Below are positions 27,749-38,180 of a DNA stretch of 64,000 bases, piece by piece; position 1 is the first letter of the stretch; each line of letters opens with the position of its first letter. Made by a program: the position numbers and the translations under genes. The stretch covers positions 637,710,558 to 637,774,557 of the forward strand of contig NC_133619.1 of the NCBI RefSeq assembly GCF_048593235.1. The letters are read 5' to 3'. The notes below the pieces were generated by a model. That model had not been told where the DNA came from. It did not search any database and saw only the letters and a program-made list of their open reading frames with translations. Source of the DNA: Sminthopsis crassicaudata. Taxonomy: Eukaryota.

Positions 27749-27914
27749 GTGAGTTTGTGCTGAGCTCACCCCCTCCGGGGCACCTGAACCTGTTCCTCCA
27801 GCTGGGACCCAAGTCTCTTTTTCTGTCTCCATCATCCGTTTTCTCTTCCACTCTCACTCTGTGTCTCTTCATCTCCGTCTCTCCATTTCTTCCTCTTCCA
27901 CCTTTTTCTTTCTT

Positions 27915-28053
27915 TCTTTTTTTTTTTTAATTTTATTTTTGTTGCTGAGGCAGTTGGGGTCACACAGCCAGGAAGTGTTAAGTTTCTGAGGTCAGATTTA
28001 AATTCAGGTCCTCCTGACTTCAGGACTGATGCTCTATCCACCCAGCTGCCCCC
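27915..28053 (-). mobile_element. Marsupial tRNA/CORE SINE (WSINE1-like)
   Basis: Reverse complement of ggggcagctgggtggatagagcatcagtcctgaagtcaggaggacctgaatt..cttcctggctgtgtgacccc..cctcagc plus A tail. Confidence 0.8.
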
Positions 28054-30308
28054 TCCACCTCTGTTTTTTGTTCCCTTTTTCTTTCTTTCTCAGTCTCTGT
28101 CTCTGCACGGCCCTTTGACCCTTTCGCCCCTCCCTAGTCTCCTGAAGTCTCAGAACAAAAAAGGGACATGGCGTCCCCTCGGTTTATGGATACCAAGGGA
28201 GGGGACGGGGCTCTGTTGGTCACACCGGGAAGACTCCCCAAATTGAAAAGTCCATCTCTTCTGTCTCTGTCTCTTCCCATATCCCTGCCATGTTTGGGGT
28301 GCAAAAATAACCCGCCCCCACATCTTCCTCCAGCCCCCTTGGGACCAAGAATGGGCGGATGGGTCTAATTCCAGTTCCTTCAAGGAATGATAAAGTGGGG
28401 AACCAGCTGAAACCCTCCCTTCCCTCCCACTGATTCCCCCAGCACCCCCTCCCAGTGCTGTGAGGGTTAATTTGTAAGCCTGCCTAGATGGGCTGAGGTC
28501 TCACCCAACCAGAAGCCATCTTTTACTCCAGGCTGCAAGCTCCTGACCAATCAGATCTTCTTGGGCCTGGAGGGGTCTTTAAAGAGCCCGGGGGCCCAAT
28601 CGGACGGATTAATTCCGAAAGAATCCCCGAAGTTTCGGGGAGGGAGTTCAGTGGCGATCTGGAGGCTGAGGAAGACTTTCCCTTTAGAGCCCGCGCCTGG
28701 ACGAGGGGGCTTTCAGGGAAGGTGGGGCGGAGAGAGGGCTGGGGCCGGGAGAGGGGCGGGGCTTAGGAAGAGCGGTGGGCGGGGTTTCTCGCATTTGACA
28801 TTTCTTGGAGAGAGGGGGAGGGCCCTGTATTGTGAGAAGGCGAAGGCTTCTGGGGCGTGGCGGATGCGGAGTGTGGCTGTCTGTCCAGGTTAGGGTCGCC
28901 CTCGCCGCCTGGGGGTACACGTTGGCCTTGGGAAGGAGCGGGAAGCCCCTCAGGCCAGAATAAAGGAAAGCGAGCTCCTTAAGGATGATAATTGCCACAA
29001 TGATAGTAATGGCCTTTTAATTGCACTTTCGAGTTTGCAAAGTGCTTTTCTTCCCTTAATTCTTGGGCCCGGACTCTGGGGACCACGACCCGAGGCGCCC
29101 CGCCTGGTTTAGAATCTCAGATAAGGTGAAACAAGGATGCCCATAATGACCGCTATTACTCAGCCTTGCGCTAGACACGTTGGCTTTAGCCGTGAGAAAA
29201 GCAAAAGGAATTAAGGGAATTAGAGAGGGAATCTCAGATACCTGGGCGCCAGGTTTTCGGAGTGAGGACGCCCCCTGGTGGTTTAGGGGTTAACGGACTT
29301 ACAGGAGGTTCCACGTTGAGTGTATTTCGGGCCCATGGCGGTGGGGAAAGGTCAGGGTTTGAGGGAGGCTGCCCGCCATGGCCACGGTTTCGGGAGGCCG
29401 GCTGGAGGAGCCGCGGGGAGTAGGGCAAAGAATGCTGCGCCTGGAGGCAGGAAGCCTGGGGTTCAAATCGCTGCCTCGGGCACTTATTTCCCTTGTCAAG
29501 AAATCTCTCTCCCGCTGTTACGCGGTAGATCCAGATCCTGCGCATGACAATACCTGTCCCCACAGGGTGATTGTTGCGCGCAAAGCATTTGGAAAGAAGC
29601 CATAAAGCGCTGTCATCCTGAGGCCCCGAGCTAGGTGGGAGGGGAGGGTCCTGAGGGAGGCAGGAGGAACCCCCGAGGCCCGGCTCCATCCAGCCGCCAG
29701 AGGACTCATTAAGGCTAAGGCCGGGATCCAGAGCCTGAAGAGGTTAGCGTTTCCTCAGTTGAAGATGTAGGGCCCGAAGGGACCTTAGAGGCCCAGGCCC
29801 CGCTTTTGCAGAAGAGGACACTGAGGCACTGATGGCTGATGTGGCGGGTAGAGCCAGAGACACGAGACTGTCTCCCTGGGATTCAGAGGGAAGCCTTGGA
29901 GAAGGTGGGACTTGAGCAGAGACCTGAGGAATCGGATTTGGAACCAGGTCCGCTGCTCGAAATCGGACAAGGGGGTGTCGGGGATCGGTCCCAGGGCTTC
30001 CCAGACCGCCTGGCCCCGGGCCAGTTCCGAAAACTACCTGGACTAAGGCTTCTGAAACTGAGGGGCGGGGCGTGCGGGGAGGAATCTGGGCAGCTCCACG
30101 GAGGGGCGGGGTTTAGGGAAGGAGGCCTGGTTGGCGGGTGGTTGGGGTTTGGTCAAGGGGCGGGGCCTGCCCTACGACAGCCTAGTGCAGTCTAGACTGA
30201 AGGGAAGAGCAGCCGGGGTTTGCTTGAAGGGGCGGGGCTTCCTGGACGGGAGAGGCGGGTGCTCACTCCCGTTTCTCCCCCCCCCCCTCCTCTCTCCCGG
30301 GACCCCAG

Positions 30309-31231
30309 GATGATCCCGTCGAGCAGCAAGACGTTCCTGGTGAACGACCTGGCGGCGGGGCGGGCGTACGACCTGTGCGTGCTGGCCGTGTACGACGACG
30401 GAGTGACCGCGCTGACCGCCACGCGCGTCGTGGGCTGCGTGCAGTTCACCACGGCCGGGGAGGTCACTCCGTGCCGTCCGCTGCACGCTCACTTCCTGGG
30501 GGGCACCATGATCATCGTCATCGGCGGCGTCATCGTGGCCTCGGTGCTCGTCTTCATCGTCATCCTCATGATCCGCTACAAGGTCTATGCTGGCGGCGAC
30601 GCCGGCTCTGGCCACAAGGGGGCGCCGCCGCGCGTCAGCCACGTGTGCTCGCAGACCAATGGTGGTGCCGCGGGCTCCGGCTCGGCCCCGCCCCCGCCCG
30701 CCGCTCTGGACCAATACGAGGCTCTGCACGAGCTGGCGCCCGCGCCGTCGGGGCCAGACAAGGAGAAAGTCAAGGTCGAGGCCGAGGGGGCGGTGGCGGC
30801 GCAGCCCGCGGCGGTGGAGGCGGAGCGGCTCCCGGCCCGGCCGCTGGGCGGCGGCGGCTCCTCCACGTCGCTCTGCCTGCTGCCCTCGGGGACCGAGGCG
30901 GCGACGGGCGGGCCGGAGGAGGACGGGCGGCCGCAGCTGGGACCCGCGGGCCCGCGGCGAAGCCGCTCGGGGGCTCCCCTGGGGACCTCGGCGCCGGCCT
31001 CAGCCCCCGCGCTTCCCCCGGGCCGGACCCCCCCGGCAGCGCTACTCTTTCGACGGGGACTATGGCGCACTCTTCCAGAGCCACAGCTACCCGCGGCGGG
31101 CCAAGCGGACAAAGCGCCACCGCTCCACGCCCCACCTGCTGGACGAGGACGGGGGCTTGGGCGGCCTGAGCCCCGCGCGGGCCCGCCTCGCCTTCACCAG
31201 CACCGAGTGGATGCTGGAGAGCACCGTGTGA
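30309..31231 (+). CDS. LRFN1: LRFN1 coding exon 2: FN3 end, TM, cytoplasmic tail, PDZ-binding ESTV; apparent +1 frameshift at 31028-31034
   Basis: Acceptor cccag at 30308, then [53 protein letters not shown]. The conserved tail [33 protein letters not shown] (TGA 31229-31231) is in the next frame; removing one C from the C7 run joins the frames (GRTPRQRYSF). Confidence 0.93.
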
Positions 31232-34060
31232 GCGGGAGCCCGGGACCTCGGCCCGGCCGCGGGCGCCTCCCGCTCCCCAGCCGCGGGGAGTGCGTGCCCT
31301 CCTCTCCACCCGAGGCGCGGACGCCCGGGGCTTCCGGGGGGACACTTGGGCCATCTGGACGCCTGGGACCCGAGGGGAGAAGGGGGACCGGCCGGGGGGA
31401 GAGGGGAGGGGAGGGAGCCCAAGGGAAGCCCCGCTCCTCCTCGGCCCGGCCTCGCCCACGCGCGGGGAGGGGCTGGGTTGGAGGGGGAGGGGAGTAGCAT
31501 GGACGCGTCGGGTCTCCTCTCTTCCCTTTTCTACCCCACCCCGGGTTCTTCACGCGCGCTCCGGGACCTCGCGGGAGCCGGTGCCTTACACAGCGGAGCG
31601 CGGGGCGGACACTTAGCAGCACTGAGACACGACACTCCCCACCGGGGACTGGTGGATGCAGCTCCGGGAGGCCCTCCGGGGAGGAGGCGCCCACCGGGGC
31701 AGGGGAAGGGGGGTTGTGGGGAGGGGGAGGGGGGCCTATTTATTGTATCTGGCTGGACTAGATCTTGTTCTGTCGCGTGTTTCCCCGAATCATGACCCCG
31801 TAATCATCCCCCTCCTCCCACTGCCACTCTCTCGCTCTGCCCCCACGGACCCTCACTCATCCCCTCCCTGACTCCAAGGATCACAGTGTTCGAGCCGGAA
31901 GGGGCTGAGACACCCTAGTGTGCTCCCTGCTCCATTGTACATGCGGGGAAACTCGCCCAGAGAGGGAACGGGATTTGCCTGAGGACACACAGCCAGTTAG
32001 TGGCACAGCCGGGCTAGAATCGGGGTCTCCCGACAGCCAGGCTGTGGCTCTGATCGATGCACCACACTGCCTCCTCTTCGTCCTCCCATCTTTCCCTGTC
32101 ACTTCCATCACCCTCATCTCTCTGCCCCCTCCCCCAATCATACCCATCTCTCTGACCTCCCCACCCCTGACTCTCCCTCCTCATCTTCATTCTGGGCTGG
32201 TCCTGGCCTTGGACTCAGGGTTTCCCTTTGTAGGCCTGGAACTAGGACCTACCCCAAACCAAACCAAATCCTCTTCCATCCACACCCCTCCCCCTAGCCG
32301 GGGGCTTCCAGTCGCAGCAGAATTAAACTTTTCTGTGTCTGAGCCCCCGAGTGATGTGTGTGTGGAGAGGGTGGGGAAGGGATTGAGGTTAGAGTTCAGG
32401 AAAGGGCAAGAGATGGTGCCCAGAAAGGCAGCAAATCCCCGGAGGAGCATGGGAAAACAATCCTCTTTAGAAGGGGAAGAGCCATGGGGCTGCTGCTGGG
32501 GGACATGGGAAGAGGAGGTGAGTGGCAGACTGAGTAAAGGGGCCAGCAGTAAGGAGGTGCAGAGCTCCTGGTGGCAGTGGCAAGCTAGGGTAGGGTTTGG
32601 AGAGCTGGAAGGATCAGCAAAAAGGCAGAAGACAGAAATGGTGAGGGGAGGCAGGGAAGGGGTGTCCTTAGGGACTCAAAACTCCTCCCTACCTGGTCTG
32701 GGGATGCATATATGAGGCCCCAGTTTCCTGGGTTTGCCGGGGGCAGAGCCAGCCCTATGTCCCCTTGGGGCCAAGCAGGCGGGGGATGGAGAGAGACAGA
32801 AATAGAAGCAGAGACGTCTTTGAGAGAAGGGGAGGATGGAAACAACTGCAGACTGCAGAGGGGGGATGGGAGGCCAGCAGGGAGGCTGAGAAACTAAGCA
32901 GGGACAGAGACAGTGGGGTGGGGAGAGGGGGAGAGACAGACCCTGCAGGGGCAACAGCATCTCAATAAATGTTCTAGTAATCGTTGGGGGGAGAGAGTCA
33001 GGCTAAGAATGGAGGCAGAGAGAAAGAGGGAAGGAGATAGATTCAAAAAAAGGAGGAACACAGCTAAAAGAGAAAGGGAAGCCGGCAGCAACAAAGGTTA
33101 TTTTGGCCAAGATGGATTCAAAGGAGGCTTTCACTTGACATAGTAGCTCCTGATGGGTTCTCCCCAGAGCCCCCTTAATCATACTTTGGAACGCCCCAAG
33201 GTCTCTGCCAACCAGCTCCAGCTCTCAGTAGGCTCCACTGCAAAGAGGAGGTACTACACCCCCAAGTGAAGCCCACAATGGCAGAAAGGGAGCGGGGTTA
33301 GGACCCATCACCGAGAGCTTGGAATGCTCCTGTGAACTGGGCTCGCTTTCACAAGAGGCAGACTACTTGACTTTAAAATCAGAGCATCTTGGCAGAGGTC
33401 CCAGTTGGGACTTGGAAGCCCCCACACTAACGATCGAGGACAAAACTAGCCAAGAGGGCAGTGCTTGGAAATGTGGATTTCCAGAAGGCTGAAGGTCTCC
33501 ATCAACATTGGCTAATTTCCTTCTCATTAGCTTCAGCTAACTGGGGAGCTTTTCTCTGGCTCCACAAGGTGACTGGGAGATAGGAGCAAACTCCGAGGAG
33601 CCAGAAAATAAATCTTGACTCCAATGGCATAAATGTGAGGGTGGATTTTTGCAAAACACGGGGTTTTGAATGTGTAGTGTGTGGAATAACTCTTCATACT
33701 CTCCTTACGGAAAGTTGGAATTAAAGTGAATTTTTGTGTTTACAGCTCACCCTATCCCCCAATGACTCTGAAACCATTTTCTCCTAAAGAAGCCATGCCC
33801 AGATTCTGGTCCACTTAGGCATTATGGACATTCTTTTAAGCCATTTCTGTGCCCAAACCCAAGCAGTCCAAGGATTCTGAAGTATCACCAAAAGTGATAC
33901 TACGGTATGGAGAAGATGTGAGGTTCAGAGGTAAGCACACTGCATTTAAAGTCCGAGGACTTGAGTTTAAATTCTGTTTTTCATCTCATACCAGCTGTGT
34001 GACCTTAAGCAAGTCATTTGACTTCTCTGGGCTTCAGTTTCCTCATGTAAAATGAAAGAG

Positions 34061-34219
34061 TTGGACTAGGTAGTCCTTCCGGATTGAAATCTAGAATCTT
34101 GTTGTGGAATTGGACTAGGTAGCCTTTCCAGATTGCCCTTCCAGATTGAAATCTAGAATTCTATTGTGGAATTGCACTAGGTAGCCCTTCCAGGTTGAAA
34201 TCTAGAATCCTGTTGTGGA
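34061..34219. repeat. Three tandem copies of a ~49-bp unit at a MIR 3' tail
   Basis: ttggactaggtag(t/c)ccttcc(g/a)gattgaaatctagaat..tgttgtggaa x3, directly after MIR core 'cttcagtttcctcatgtaaaatgaaagag'. Confidence 0.8.
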
Positions 34220-35699
34220 CAGAGCCCTTGATTTGGATTCAGGGAATCCAGACTGGAATCCCAGGGCTACTTATGCTTCTGTGTCTGTCTCTGCACCTGT
34301 GAGAGCCCATCCAGAAATTAAACCAGTAACAGGACAAGAAGCTTTAGGGGCAGCAGTGGGAGAGCTGCTTGCAGCCCTTTAAAGACTCCCTCCCCTCTCA
34401 AATTGGATAAACTTCCTTCTCGCCTGCCTAGGGAATTGTGACAGTTGTAGGCCTGCCAAGCCTGCCAGTCTCCTTCCAGCCCCGCCCCCATCTTCCCTCC
34501 CTCCCCACTCTCCACCTGTGCTGTCATCAGAGTGGCTGTCCCGTAGCCCAGAAGAAAGGCCCCGCCCCCTTGTTTAGTCCCGGGGTTCTCCCGGATTGGA
34601 GAATCCCTTTATCGATAAAACACAAAATGTGTAAAAAGAAAATGACTCACAGGAGAATCAACAGACAGCTAAGTCACAGGTTGTTGTCACCTGTTAGGTC
34701 ATTGGAAAACCCCTGGGAAGGACTTCCCCATTGCTTACCCTTCAAGCTCCCTGCCCCCTTCTCTAAAAAGACACTCTAAATTCAATGTCACCCGTCCCTC
34801 AATAATGCTGTCACTCCCACTTTGAGACCCTGGGAATCCTCTCTGAAAAATGAGCACAGTGATGTCTTGTTGGTGTCTGTGCTGCAGGTGGCAGATGAGG
34901 CCCTCAGAGAAGTCCAGCTGTAAGGTGGGGTAGGCATGGGAGGAAGAAGCATCGATAAAGTGCCTACTATGTGCCAGGCACTTTATTTACTATTTCACAA
35001 ATAGCTCATTTGACCCTCACAAAACTGCATGATGGATCTTATTACCACCCCATGTTACAATCAAGGAAACTGAGGCATAGAGAGGAACATTTTTTGGGGG
35101 AGGTGATCAGGATTAAGTGACTTGCCCAAGGTCACACAGCTAATAATTGTCAGAGGCAGGATTTGAAGTAAGGTCTTCCTGATTCTAGGCCCAAGGCTCT
35201 ATCCACTGGGCAACAGGGTTACTTATGTCATTGAAGATGGGAGGAAAGAGAAACACAGGAGTAGAGAGCCAAATACAAGGTGGATTGTTAAGACTCGGAA
35301 GTTTGAGACTCCCTTTAGAAGTCTGGTGGAAGTATCATCCTTGGCTTAAAAAAGAAAGCCCTCTGTGAAGGCAGTTAGGAGGACCAGTGGCTAAAATGCT
35401 GATTCTCCGGCAGGAGGACCTGACTTCAAATCAAATCTGGGACACTTGCTAGCTGTGTGACCCTGGGCAAGTCATTTAACCCATTGTCTTCTCCCCAAAC
35501 CCACCTCTCTGTGCCTCAGTTTCCTTACCAATAAACTGAACCAGTCGGATTTCCTTCCAACTCTATAATCCTTTAATCAGAAAATCACAGCAGTAGGACA
35601 GAGGTCGGGTGGGGGTGGGGTGGAAGGGAAAAAAGGAACTGCAGGAGAAATAGAAGGATGGAGGAGAAGATGACATACACCCAGAGGGCTGGGAGAGAG

Positions 35700-35940
35700 A
35701 AAGGAAAGGGAAACAGACAAAGAAACAAACTCAATAAGAGAAAATCCCAAAGAGACAGAAACGGCACAGAGGAGATAGAGAGGGGGGAGGGGGAGGGGTC
35801 TGACGTAATCCTAGCTTTGGTGGTGAAAGCGTGACTCGTGCCCGTTTGAAAAGCCAGGGGAAGTCTTGGCAGGCTTGGCCCTCGCACGTTTTTATTGGTT
35901 TTCTCTCCGACCGCCCCCTCACCGCTAAAAGATAAAATCC
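35700..35940 (+). promoter_or_regulatory. IFNL4: Putative IFNL4 promoter (IRF-, NF-kB-, ATF/CRE-like, CCAAT, GC-box and TATA-like motifs)
   Basis: GAAAGGGAAAC 35704-35714; AGAAAATCCC 35739-35748 (reverse GGGATTTTCT); TGACGTAA 35801-35808; ATTGG 35894-35898; CCGCCCCC 35911-35918; GATAAAA 35931-35937. Confidence 0.5.
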
Positions 35941-36065
35941 AGCATCATGGGGCCGGAGCCAGGCGCAAACGATCCTGGGTACCTCCTGATCGCACTTGAC
36001 AAGGAGGGAAGGAGGCTTCGCACTGCAGGGCACGAAGTCTGGAGGGAGCCGCTTTGTCCTCCACA

Positions 36066-37699
36066 ATGCCATCGGGCCTCAGCTTCCCCATTTCCTTCAT
36101 GCTGGCGCTCTGGGTGCTTCGGGGCTCAGGCGACCCCGGCGTCCGGCGCCCAAGGCGCTGCAGCCTCGGGCATTATTACTCGCTGAATCCCGAGGCAGTG
36201 ACGGTTGTCAAAACGTTCAGCAATTTATACGTGAGTCCCGGAGCCAGGACTTCCGAAAGCCCACTTCTCCAGCCCTCCAGCCCTTCCCAGGCCAGGGGTT
36301 CAGACAGGCTCCCCCCCTTTTGCCCCCAGCTGCTCAGGGACTTAAGTATCTGGAAACGTGGCCAGCTCGCCAGCATAGTGGAGCGGAGACCGCTGAGAAT
36401 GCTGGGATACTCGTATTCGAATTCTGCCCGGGATGTCGCCTAGCTGTGGAATAAGCCTTGGCTAGGATCCTTAATAGGATGATGACCGACACGGTCCTCC
36501 CCGGGTTGTGGCCCAGGCCAAAGGAGAGAATACAGGGGAAAAGCCTTGCGAGCCTCAGAGAAGTCTCTGGAGGCCGCGAGCTGGCTTCGAGTTGGGTCAC
36601 CTGGGGCACGTCCTGGCCGGGTGACTCTGGCTAAGTCACCTCCGGGAGTTCTAGGTGATTCTCTAAACGGCCCTGCAGTGCTGACCTCCCTTGGCCGCCG
36701 CAGCCCCCAGCCTCAGGATTCCTGAGTGCTCTATTATTAGGACATTCGAAGCCTCCCGGAGTCTCAGGCACACTCCAGCCTCGTCCTTCCAGTCTCCCGG
36801 GAGTCTTGCTTCCCTAAAGGTTTTCTTCCTCCTCCTCCTCCTCTTCCACCATCTCTTCCCCCTCCTCCCCTCCTCCCCCAGGAACAAGAGATGCTGAGCT
36901 GGGAAAAGAGGAATTGCTCGTTCTCTAGGCGAAAGGCAACCCAGAAAGTCACGGTGAGACCCTAGGACATGGGGGAGGGGAGGGAGCCTTGGGAGGCTGC
37001 TCCCGGGACATCCCTCCAAGTGGCGTGTGTCTCCCCCAGCCCTGCGCCCGGCTGCGTCAGGTGGCGCTCGCTCTGGCCGCCGCCGAGTCCGTGGTGCGGA
37101 ACCTGCGCCTCCCCGCTCTGGCTGCCAGCGCCGGTCCGGTCCTGGAGCTGCTCTGGGCCGTGCGGAGCGATGTGCTCGCCTGTGTGAGCCCGCCCAGCCT
37201 CGGCTCCCCCTCTCAGTCTTCCGCCGGTCCAGACTCTGCTGACGGCGGAGCGCGGGCGGGCAGATCCAGGGAAGCGGCCCGCTTAGCGGAACCCCGGCTG
37301 GCGGAGAATCACCCCCTGACGCAGCCCGGGACGCGGGCCTCGGAGAGCGCGCGCCCCGGACGGGGGGGAGGGGCTCAGCCCCGAGATTTCGACACTCAAG
37401 GCCACGGCAAGCTGGACCGAGTGGATCGGGGCTCCAAGAAAAAGAGAAGAACACATAAAGCGGCGAGCTCGGTGAGAGTGCCCTGGGCGGGAGGGAGGAG
37501 AGCCAGAAGATCGGGGGCGGGGAAGTTGGAGGGGGAGGAGAAGGGGAGCGATCCCGAAGCGAAAAAAAGCGAAGATGCGCGCGTTCTCCGCTAGGAAAGT
37601 CCTCGATGTCGCGAAGCGGAGACCGTTCTCGGCCTCCTCAAGCTGCTCACGTCGGACCTGAAGAAGGCGATTCTCGCCGGGCCCTGCGCCTCAGCTTAA
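36066..37699 (+). CDS. IFNL4: Interferon lambda-4 orthologue, 5 exons, 181 aa, intact
   Basis: Exons 36066-36230, 36882-36953, 37040-37183, 37412-37471, 37595-37699, all phase 0 and GT-AG; the exon 4 acceptor is the least certain boundary. Protein MPSGLSFPISFMLALWVLRGSGDPGVRRPRRCSLGHYYSLNPEAVTVVKTFSNLY|EQEMLSWEKRNCSFSRRKATQKVT|PCARLRQVALALAAAESVVRNLRLPALAASAGPVLELLWAVRSDVLAC|LDRVDRGSKKKRRTHKAASS|ESPRCREAETVLGLLKLLTSDLKKAILAGPCASA*. It matches recalled human IFNL4 blocks PRRCLLSHYRSL, LSWGQRNCSF, CARLRHVA, AGPILELL, DSPRCRKA and GPCL; exons 2 (72 nt) and 3 (144 nt) equal the human sizes. Confidence 0.93.
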
Positions 37700-38051
37700 G
37701 TAGTCCGGGCTCCAAAGCGGTTTGCTCCGCGGGCGTTTTCCACCGTCCGAGGCTGTGTCCCTGCGCCAACTGCCCAGTGAGGGGGCCAGGCTCCCCGCTG
37801 TGCCTTCGCCGGCGCTCATTTCCAGGGAACACCATCAGACGGCGAGAGACCGGGCATCTGTGCCGGGCCCGGAGCCTCAGGTTCAAAACCCTAGGCCCGG
37901 GGCCAGGTAAGGGGCGCGGGAATGGGGGACGTTCTAATCACGGAGGGAGGGGCGGCTAGCGGCGCAGCGGACAGAATCCAGGCCCTGGATTTAGGAGGAC
38001 CTGATTTCACTCAGAACTGGCTGTGTAACCCCGGCAAAGTCACTTCACCCC

Positions 38052-38180
38052 GGGGCAGCTAGGTGGCGCAGTGGATAGAGCACCAGCCCGGAATTCAGTG
38101 ATCTCTGACACTTAACACTTCCTAGCTGTGTGACCCTGGGCAAGTCACGTAACCCCAGCCTCAGAAAAAAAAAAAAAAAA
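38052..38180 (+). mobile_element. Internally deleted WSINE1-like SINE with ~15-bp TSD, nested in an older SINE
   Basis: ggggcagctaggtggcgcagtggatagagcacc..cttcctagctgtgtgaccctgggcaagtcac..polyA; flanked by aagtcacttcacccc (38037-38051) and aagtcacttaacccc (38179-38193). Confidence 0.85.

Noticed and set aside
26306-27872. Long antisense ORFs (443, 171, 155 aa) opposite LRFN1
   Set aside because: Shadow ORFs from GC3-rich codon usage on the real coding strand.
31035-31497. C-terminal extension of ORF 30220-31497 as the true LRFN1 tail
   Set aside because: No similarity to the LRFN1 tail; the conserved ESTV tail is in the adjacent frame.
35731-36072. Minus ORF with an Ig-like LRPHDAGFY motif
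   Set aside because: No other Ig hallmarks or exon structure; it overlaps the IFNL4 promoter and 5'UTR.
36340-36443. In-frame continuation of ORF 36054-36443 (LLRDLSIWKRG..) as IFNL4 exon 2
   Set aside because: No phase-0 donor and no Cys; the true exon 2 (36882-36953) has the RNCSF motif and the expected 72 nt.
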